64,000 nucleotides of DNA from Williopsis jadinii (lineage: Eukaryota), in the NCBI GenBank assembly GCA_024346625.1, contig AP024667.1:62001-126000 (forward strand). Reading direction: 5' to 3'. Position 1 is the first letter of the stretch. Every line of letters starts with the position of its first letter. Of this stretch, positions 57,241 to 64,000 are shown piece by piece. Under the pieces are notes generated by a model. It searched no databases, was not told the origin of the DNA, and was given only the letters and a program-made list of their open reading frames with translations. A program made the position numbers and the translations under genes.

Positions 57241-57729
57241 CTATACGTGTATACAATTGACCTCTATCCATTGATCTAGCGAGCATTCCACTGGCATTAG
57301 CTGTATCCCAGCAAGGCATTCGATCATATATAGAGATACCAAGTGCTCGCACGTTGGTAGATCCTTCCCGGCACCAAACTGGTGGCGGTTGCCCAGTCTC
57401 ATTCCATACCTTGTATCTCCCACTTCACACGATCGTACTTCTCTTGATTCTGCACGTCTGACCATTGTATGGTATAAATTGCACGAGCAATACCACTGGC
57501 CTGTGTCCACAACATTGCCATCAATGAGCACTAGCTCCTGTGTGCAATATTTGTATCTTTTGATCCTGGTTTGCCTATCATCCAATAGCGATATCACCTT
57601 TGGAAAAAGGTCTGGTAGGCATAGCTGCAATGACAACAATGCGTTCATGGGCACCAAATCGCCACTCTGTTCATCCACAGTTAACCCGTGGATTAGACGA
57701 TCAACAAGATCCCCATGTTCAATTACCAT
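57241..57729 (-). CDS. SWIM zinc-finger protein, Shu2/Sws1-like
   Basis: WYCSC...TCEHL SWIM-type motif in a ~160-aa protein. Confidence 0.6.
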   Translation of the reverse strand: MVIEHGDLVDRLIHGLTVDEQSGDLVPMNALLSLQLCLPDLFPKVISLLDDRQTRIKRYKYCTQELVLIDGNVVDTGQWYCSCNLYHTMVRRAESREVRSCEVGDTRYGMRLGNRHQFGAGKDLPTCEHLVSLYMIECLAGIQLMPVECSLDQWIEVNCIHV

Positions 57730-57867
57730 TTCGTCCCCTTGTACTAATTCACCACGGATTGTTGGTTGAAGGTATACTTTGTCTCCAATTTCGTGAATTT
57801 AATCTAACTACATACACTGCATAATATGGGGGAGCACGAGGAAGAGACTCCGTTATTTGATAATCGC

Positions 57868-59151
57868 TCAATCTTGTAATCTAATGGTGTAATCATCACC
57901 ACTCTGTGTGATGTATCTAACCCATGGATAACTTTGGTACTGTAGTTTTGGTTCGTTAATTCTCAGGTATCTCACCTGAATACCAGAAGTGGTGAAGTAG
58001 GGAATTTGGAACTTCACCTGAACCGGTCTCTTAACTTCATGTGCATTTTCCTCCATCGATACTGATGGCAGCCCTAACTGGGCAGCCATGGAGTACTCCT
58101 TGCCTCCTTGGAATTGTTTCAACTTCCAAACAATAACAGATTTCTCTGGAACCCATTTCATGGAACCATGGCTATATCTGAACTTCGGAGAGTCCGCATC
58201 TTCTGGAATTGGAATCAGGATTTCAACGTTATTGGCAGTGGATTTCTTTTTGATCTGGGCCTTGACTTTGCACAGGATTTCAATTCTGGAGTTGTCATGT
58301 CTGTTAATCTTGCAATCGACCCAGATAAGAGGTTTCAATGGAGTAGAGAGTCTATAACTCATCAGCTCAAACTCACCATCAGGTGGGATAAAGGTTATAA
58401 TCTTTTCACTCTCAAATTTACTCAGTCTAACACACTGGTGGAACTTCACATCCTCCATTTCTACTCCCTTGGCGTTGTTGGTCAACTTGTCGTTTAAACC
58501 CAATCTCAAATCTGGCATACCACTCAGGTGAGACTTCACCTGGATCTTACCCAGAATCTCGGACCGGAGCACCTTCCCTTGTGGATTTATCAACATATTA
58601 ACGGACTCTATAACGTCCAAGAACGCTTCGTTCTTCTTATAGACGATACCTTCGTTTCTCCAGGACACAGCATTGGTGATCGCACTTGGAGGACCCAACT
58701 GTTGAGCCTTTTTCATTTTCTTCTCCAGCTGGTAGGATCTCTGTGTGATGTACTCCTTCAGCATCTTCGTCTCCGTGATCTGGGGAGTACCAAAGTCCAT
58801 CATCTCGTCCAACAATTCGTAAATCACGACAAAGTTATCCCTTATGGACTCCTCCTCCAGCTCTTTGAAGTAGTCCGTCAGCACCTGGACAAGCTTGTGC
58901 AAAAATAGGAAAACCTGCGCAACATTGGAGTTGTTCTTGGTCAATGCAACGAGGTACAGGTTCGAGTGTGTTATATAGCAGTAATTCACATCGTTGTAAA
59001 CCACAACAGGCGAGGCCTGAGCCGGATCTTCATCGGCTTCCACGAGAATGAACGGGAAATGCTCAATGGCATTGGAAGGAACGTCTCCCTTGTAATCACG
59101 TGAGAGCAAGGACTTCCCCTTGATATCACAGAAGTGTATTGCAGATGCCAT
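57868..59151 (-). CDS. APM1: AP-1 adaptor medium (mu1) subunit
   Basis: MASAIHFCDIKGK, YELLDEMMDFG, VSWR.EGI.YKKNE, FHQCVRL, YPWVRY. Confidence 0.96.
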   Translation of the reverse strand: MASAIHFCDIKGKSLLSRDYKGDVPSNAIEHFPFILVEADEDPAQASPVVVYNDVNYCYITHSNLYLVALTKNNSNVAQVFLFLHKLVQVLTDYFKELEEESIRDNFVVIYELLDEMMDFGTPQITETKMLKEYITQRSYQLEKKMKKAQQLGPPSAITNAVSWRNEGIVYKKNEAFLDVIESVNMLINPQGKVLRSEILGKIQVKSHLSGMPDLRLGLNDKLTNNAKGVEMEDVKFHQCVRLSKFESEKIITFIPPDGEFELMSYRLSTPLKPLIWVDCKINRHDNSRIEILCKVKAQIKKKSTANNVEILIPIPEDADSPKFRYSHGSMKWVPEKSVIVWKLKQFQGGKEYSMAAQLGLPSVSMEENAHEVKRPVQVKFQIPYFTTSGIQVRYLRINEPKLQYQSYPWVRYITQSGDDYTIRLQD

Positions 59152-59344
59152 TTCCTCACTTTTCTCCAGGACCGCTGTGTGTGTTGGGTGTTGATTTGGT
59201 GATTTGTTTTGTTTTGTTATTGGTTCTCCTCGTTTTGGCCAAACAGAAGGGTGCCGCTGTTGTTGACAAACTTTCGCGGTGTACACACACACAAACCGTC
59301 CACCACAGCCAAAGGGACACACGCCATCACCACCATTTGTATAT

Positions 59345-59770
59345 ATGGATCCCATCTCTGATATACTTAGGAAGGATCCCGTAGCCTTGGACGAGTACTG
59401 TGAACTCCTCGAGAAGAAGAACTCCTCGAAGAGGGCGTATGATCAGTACGTCAGCAGAGTTGCGTCCAAGATTGATAACTATGAGGACGCTAGGCGGTAT
59501 ACGAAATATGTACTACTGGTGCGGGAGGACTTCAAGCAGAGGATACGATCCCTGGTTGAGGAGCAAGAGCAGCTGATACAGAGGTGGGAGGAGAGTGGTG
59601 TGCAAGACGATGAGAAGTTGATGCAGGAGCTGGAACAGCTCTCGAAGAGAGCGCATGGCGACTTTGCGAGTATGAGGATACCTCTCTTTTGTCACGATTC
59701 CCATCGCTACAAGGGCATGAGTGTAGATAGGCGTCGTTTGATTAAGTATTTACAGGAGAGCGCTATATAA
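59345..59770 (+). CDS. Hypothetical protein, possibly DUF2458-like
   Basis: Coding-like 141-aa ORF. RIRSLVEEQ..RW and MRIPLF..RRRLIKYL recall fungal DUF2458; the family call is tentative. Confidence 0.6.
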   Translation: MDPISDILRKDPVALDEYCELLEKKNSSKRAYDQYVSRVASKIDNYEDARRYTKYVLLVREDFKQRIRSLVEEQEQLIQRWEESGVQDDEKLMQELEQLSKRAHGDFASMRIPLFCHDSHRYKGMSVDRRRLIKYLQESAI

Positions 59771-60190
59771 TGTGAGTAGCCTGGAGACCCCGGATGGTTG
59801 TTATTCATATGCTTATCTTTGACAATACACAAGACATCCGATGTACTATGATGTACTCTTCTCGTTCTCACACTGACCTCTCAAAACCCACACAGTGAAC
59901 ACGTACTTCCCCAGATCCACGCACACTCCAAGCCGATGCACACTGTGTATAGCACCACCAAGACCGGACTACCCGTTTCGATGCCCTGCCCAAAATCGGT
60001 CTTCAAAACGAAGCCCTAAAAAGATTGGGATGTTTGACCATATCGTTTGTTCCTAGGAACGGGTCCAGCCAAAGCACCTACTCCGCGTAAGAGTCCTGAC
60101 GGTACTAACCACAGTCAACAACAGCTACAAACAGAGTTGCAGCACAAAGGAAAGCACATATGCCCCGTGTGAGAGTCAGTCAATGTTGTC
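59768..60190 (-). ncRNA. Putative large structured ncRNA, box H/ACA snoRNA-like
   Basis: ~315-nt G:U-rich rod (60186 to 59870), ANANNA (AGAAGA, 59862-59857), a 3' hairpin with internal pocket, and ACA (59773-59771) + 3 nt. TATAAAA upstream at 60362-60356. Confidence 0.65.
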
Positions 60191-60513
60191 ATAGTATCAT
60201 CACCATGTTGTGAGAAAGAGGTGAAAAGTTTTTTAAGGCTTCTTCTGTCGGTGTTCCCGTCGCTGTGGAGCCCGTTTTATGGTTGACGCACTACTTTCTG
60301 TCCGAGGGCTTCCGGTGCTTGGACTTAATGAAGAGAAGAAGCTATGGAGATGAGCTTTTATAGATAGGATACAGGGCTATTGATGTCGTCAATCATTAAG
60401 TTCTCTTACGGTTGAAGATAAAAAGATAAAAAGGAAAGGGGAAGAAAGAGGGAAGAAAGAAAACGGGAAAGATAAAGTAGAGTTGATTCAGCAGTCTGTT
60501 GTCAATGAGAGCT

Positions 60514-61140
60514 TCATAATCCCAGATCTGCAACCCCATTGATAAGAGCATCGCCATCTCCAGCATGTACAGGAGCAGAGTTCGAATTTTCGTGTGTGTG
60601 GGACGAATGGCCACCTCTTGATCTTCCACGGCCACCTCTGAATCTGCCTCGTCCACCTCTGAATCCAGTGCCTCTTCTACTGAACCCAGGTAAATTCGTT
60701 CTCTTTTGCATAACGCTCAATGGTCTTCCTTTGAAGTCTTGTCCACTTAACTCATCCACGGCTTTCAAAACACTGCTCTGGTCCTGGAATTCGACGTATG
60801 CATACCCCTTTGGATTCCCAGTAACTCTGTCGAAGAGTATTGTGACCCTATTGACAACGCCAATTGGCTTGAAAAATTCCTCCAATTCATCCGGTGAAGC
60901 ATGGAATTCAACATTACGTACATACACGGATCTGGAGTCAACCTCCTGTTGCTTTGCCATCTCCTCAGGTGTCTTCCTGGAGGTATATGAGGTGTGTTGT
61001 TGTTGGGACACTGTTACATGTCCTTCTTCATAAGCTGCGGACCCATCTTGCGCAATCTGTTGGGCAATTTGCTCCTCTTGTTGTTGACGTAGAAGATTCT
61101 GGTTAGCAGAATCTTCTGTGTTGGCAATATTCTCAGTCAT
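60514..61140 (-). CDS. SGN1: RRM poly(A)-binding protein Sgn1/Pab2-like
   Basis: EVDSRSVYV.NV, NRVTILFD..TGNPKGYAYVEF, KRTNLPG, RGG tail. Confidence 0.88.
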   Translation of the reverse strand: MTENIANTEDSANQNLLRQQQEEQIAQQIAQDGSAAYEEGHVTVSQQQHTSYTSRKTPEEMAKQQEVDSRSVYVRNVEFHASPDELEEFFKPIGVVNRVTILFDRVTGNPKGYAYVEFQDQSSVLKAVDELSGQDFKGRPLSVMQKRTNLPGFSRRGTGFRGGRGRFRGGRGRSRGGHSSHTHENSNSAPVHAGDGDALINGVADLGL

Positions 61141-61262
61141 AGGTAGAAGGACAGCTCTGATTGTCTTGATAATTGCTCTTAAATTGGACCAAACAACTGT
61201 GTAAGTTCACCTGCTCCCTTTGTTTTGCATTTCCGAGTACTAGCCCACCCTCAAAATTGAGA

Positions 61263-61344
61263 TTACCCGGCCTTGAGAAAAAACATAGAAAATACAGGTC
61301 ACGTGCCTTATTCCTGAAATTTTTTTCTGTATCAAGCTCATCGC
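61263..61344. promoter_or_regulatory. Reb1, Cbf1, RRPE and PAC sites in the SGN1/NOP16 divergent promoter
   Basis: TTACCCG at 61263, GTCACGTG at 61298, TGAAATTTTT at 61315, GCTCATCGC at 61336. Confidence 0.7.
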
Positions 61345-61404
61345 TTCTTACTCACTTTCTTGTTGAAGGCTCTTTAGTGATAATTCTCATCAAACGAGTA
61401 AATA

Positions 61405-62061
61405 ATGGGTTCTGTAAGACAAAGAAGGGCAAGAAAGACGAGTGTCCGCAAGGCAACAAGAAGAAACAAGGACAAACAGCGTAAAATAAACGTCGCCTCA
61501 AATCCAATCATCGCAGCCAATTGGGATTATTCACAGACTCTTACACAGAACTACAAGAGATTGGGATTGACTGCCAGATTAGGCTTGCCTTCTGGTGGTA
61601 AGGAGAAGAACTTGGATGCACCTGTGTTGAAGAAGTCACTCGGAGTCAAAGAAGATATTGCAAATGGTGATGATGTAGATGAATCAGAATTAAAACCTGA
61701 GCACATTCCAAAAGGTGAGGCTAGAATCATTAGAGACGAAGATGGGAACGTTGTTAAAGTGATATACGGTACCAAGACCGCATTGGACGAAGACTTAAAG
61801 CTTGTACAGGAACCTGAAGTTGAGCCTAAGACAAAGGTTGTCGAGCAGTTGGAACATTATGCCAAATGTGGAGTTACAAAAATTGAAAGAATTCAAAGTG
61901 ATCGTGAATCAGCATGGATTCAGGCACTCTACGAGAAACATGGTGATGACTATGAAAAGATGAAATGGGATAAGAAGCTGAACATATATCAACAAAGTGC
62001 TGGTGATTTGAAGAGAAGAATTACCAAATGGAAGAAGAAAAATAATATTGTTGCACATTAG
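61405..62061 (+). CDS. NOP16: Nucleolar 60S biogenesis protein Nop16
   Basis: NPIIAANWD..QTL.QNY.RLGL and KHGDDYEKMKWDKKLNIYQQS. Confidence 0.94.
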   Translation: MGSVRQRRARKTSVRKATRRNKDKQRKINVASNPIIAANWDYSQTLTQNYKRLGLTARLGLPSGGKEKNLDAPVLKKSLGVKEDIANGDDVDESELKPEHIPKGEARIIRDEDGNVVKVIYGTKTALDEDLKLVQEPEVEPKTKVVEQLEHYAKCGVTKIERIQSDRESAWIQALYEKHGDDYEKMKWDKKLNIYQQSAGDLKRRITKWKKKNNIVAH

Positions 62062-62114
62062 TCTAGTATAAAAATCATCTAAAGAGAGAGAAAGAACTAG
62101 TAGAGAAACTCAAA

Positions 62115-63462
62115 TCATTCAACCTCTGCAAATGCTCTATAAGATGTAAAGTCCTTGTCATTGGTGGCAAGTTCAATTTCGACATTTGGTGCGATGAAGT
62201 AGTTAAATCCTGGCTCTGCATCCAATTCTTTACCTTGGAACTTGATTAAACCTTTACCCTTTGTAACGATAAGAATACTTGGACCTTCAAAACCACTGAA
62301 TTTCCGAACACCAGTAGATGTATTGAAGGTTGTCTGCAAGACGGCAAATTCTTCAATTGGAGGGTTGAACAATTTGGATTCACCATCTCCAGAGGATCTC
62401 TCAAACGTTTGGGCAACCATTTTCTGCTTCTCAACGTCATCGTACGAATACGTCAACATTTCAACCAAATTCTTAACGTCTTTAAACTTTGGTGTGAAGC
62501 CTGCTCTCACGACGTTATCAGATGCGGCCATACATTCAATGATATCACCAGAGATGTATGCATGCGGGTCCTTAGCTTGAAGGAACATTGCCTCACCAGC
62601 GTTCAATTGACAGTGGTTCAACAACAAACAGCCACAGAACAAGCCAACATCCTTAGGGAACTGTTCGTTCATTCTCAGAATTAAATCTGGTAGCTCCGGT
62701 TTATTGAACAATTGTGGTGAAGATTTGGCCCTTTCAACCAAAGACTCTGACTCTTTAGCGATTTGGTCATCTGAGGCGTTCATAATTTTACCGAAAACTG
62801 CTTGTAACAGCTCTCTGTTTGTCTTGTCCTCTTGAGAACCGAGCTTTGCATCAGTTACAATACCGTTGACGAATTTGGACGCAACATCCTCGCCAACGAT
62901 GTTGATCAACTCTGGAATCTTCTGCAACTCATCTGCAATTTCTTCCAAAGGTTTGAACCCGCAGAAGCCTTCAAATGGGGTGACTGCGATCGCCATCTCT
63001 GGCTTATGGTTATCATCCGGATAGTTTTTTGGATCGTTGGCATGGAGCACTTTGGCCAATGACTTATCCGGATGAGCCTGGATACTCAAAACCTTTCTAA
63101 TGGACAACACTTTGAACAAGAACGGCAACTCATTGGTCGAGCTGTACTTTGAAATGATAGCGTCCCCCAACAGTTCCTTTGGGTCTGACGCGATAACCTC
63201 TCTCAAGGACGTTTCGTCTGACAGTCTCTTCGATGGCACCTTTGGATGCGTTCCCATCCACAACTCAGCATAAGGCTTCGATTCATCAACAACAACGCTG
63301 GCGTTAGAGTTGCGCGCAAACTGTGCAACAGCTGATGACGATCCCAACTTCCCCCAGTCGTAGTTCTGATAACCTATAAAGAAACGTTAGTAAGGGAGGT
63401 AAAAGAGCGGGAAACAGCGACAAAGACTCACCTGAGTCCAATCTAAACACCTTTTCAACCAT
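62115..63462 (-). CDS. PMI40: Mannose-6-phosphate isomerase; exons 63462-63432 and 63373-62115
   Basis: GYQNYDWGK after splicing the 58-nt GTGAGT/TACTAAC/TAG intron; AELWMGTHP, LSIQAHP, NHKPEM. Confidence 0.97.
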
Positions 63463-63701
63463 GTTTGAAGCGCAAGGAATACAAAAGATAAACAAAAGTA
63501 GTATTAATTTAGCCGCCGATAGCTTTGTTGGTGATTTGTTGACGTTGCAGTTGGCCTATTTTCTTCTTTTTCGCGTCAGCCTTTTTTTGCTTCTTTTGTG
63601 TCCGTCAAAAAGGGAGCCAAAAACAGAATTAGCCGCCGAATTCAGATGAGTTTTTCCGTGCGACACGCGAGCTGCGCACGTTTTTTGTATTGCCGTTTTT
63701 C

Positions 63702-63730
<29 letters not shown>
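63702..63730 (+). repeat. (TTG)n microsatellite
   Basis: About nine perfect TTG units in the PMI40/p25 divergent intergenic region. Confidence 0.9.
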
Positions 63731-63733
<3 letters not shown>

Positions 63734-63780
63734 CAAATTTGGCAAACTCAGCGCGTGGACGGCGTGTGGAGGAAACCAGC

Positions 63781-64000
63781 ATGGAATTGGTGGATTGGAT
63801 AGAAACAGAATCTGGGAACCGAATCTCCAAGCACGCACTGATCCATGGGTCTGACCACATTTTGATCGCAGGCAATACGACAATCTCTGCGAAGGTTGAA
63901 CTCCATGGCGACAAGCCGCTGGTGCAGGGGAGTACTAACGCTATCCAACTAGGTAAATTCTGCTATTTGGACGAAGGTGTTGTTATATCGCCTCCACTGT
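63781..64000 (+). CDS. Dynactin p25 (DCTN5)-like left-handed beta-helix protein, 3'-truncated by window edge
   Basis: MELVDWIETESGNRISKHALIHGSDHILIAGNTTI...GD...LGKFC...VISPP matches the p25 N-terminus. Not in the ORF track. Confidence 0.8.
   Translation, partial: MELVDWIETESGNRISKHALIHGSDHILIAGNTTISAKVELHGDKPLVQGSTNAIQLGKFCYLDEGVVISPPL

Noticed and set aside
59805..59818. 14-nt complementarity to the 18S 5' region (snR74/U27-like C/D guide)
   Set aside because: No CUGA box follows the guide, and matches of this length are expected by chance.
59840..59857. Direct repeat AGUACAUC-AU-AGUACAUC as a telomerase template
   Set aside because: The implied repeat is not G-rich, and there is no room for a pseudoknot and Sm site before the convergent gene.
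59772..60114. Plus-strand GTGAGT...TACTAAC...CAG resembling a 3'-UTR intron
   Set aside because: It begins just after a stop codon with no downstream coding exon. Both motifs coincide with paired or box elements of the minus-strand RNA, so they are probably incidental.
59870..60190. SRP RNA, RNase P/MRP RNA, U1/U2/U3 or snR30 as the identity of the structured RNA
   Set aside because: Their hallmark motifs (SRP helix 8, CR-I/CR-V, AUACUUACC, GUAGUA, m1/m2) were not found.
1..64000. tRNA or rRNA genes and mobile elements
   Set aside because: No cloverleaf with A/B boxes, rRNA sequence, LTR pair or transposase/RT motif was noticed by eye; tRNAscan-SE would be needed to exclude tRNAs formally.

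Overview
Gene-dense budding-yeast (Saccharomycotina) chromosomal segment. It uses the standard genetic code: CTG sits at invariant Leu positions such as PMR1 DESNLTGE. It holds about 40 protein-coding genes in recognisable ancestral synteny blocks: NMA111-MRP35-NCS2-COX23; SUA5-PMR1; NCL1-RRN10-LSM2; COX15-EMP65-RTR1-RRG1-RPS13-AIM7; IRC22-YIL001W-INP51-WBP1-GIM4; SGN1-NOP16-PMI40. A Flo11-domain adhesin with a long EETT minisatellite and a 3-kb promoter lies between blocks. Ten spliceosomal introns are visible, including a three-intron LSM2 with a 12-nt microexon that the ORF track misses. Several conserved genes (SUA5, RPA135, NCL1, LSM2) carry small deletions that look like assembly indel errors. 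The most notable non-coding signals are an unannotated, highly base-paired ~420-nt minus-strand RNA with H/ACA-like architecture (~59768-60190) and a two-domain RNA structure in the RPS13 intron. All gene identities come from recognising protein motifs and synteny by eye, and all RNA structures were folded by hand; no searches were run.
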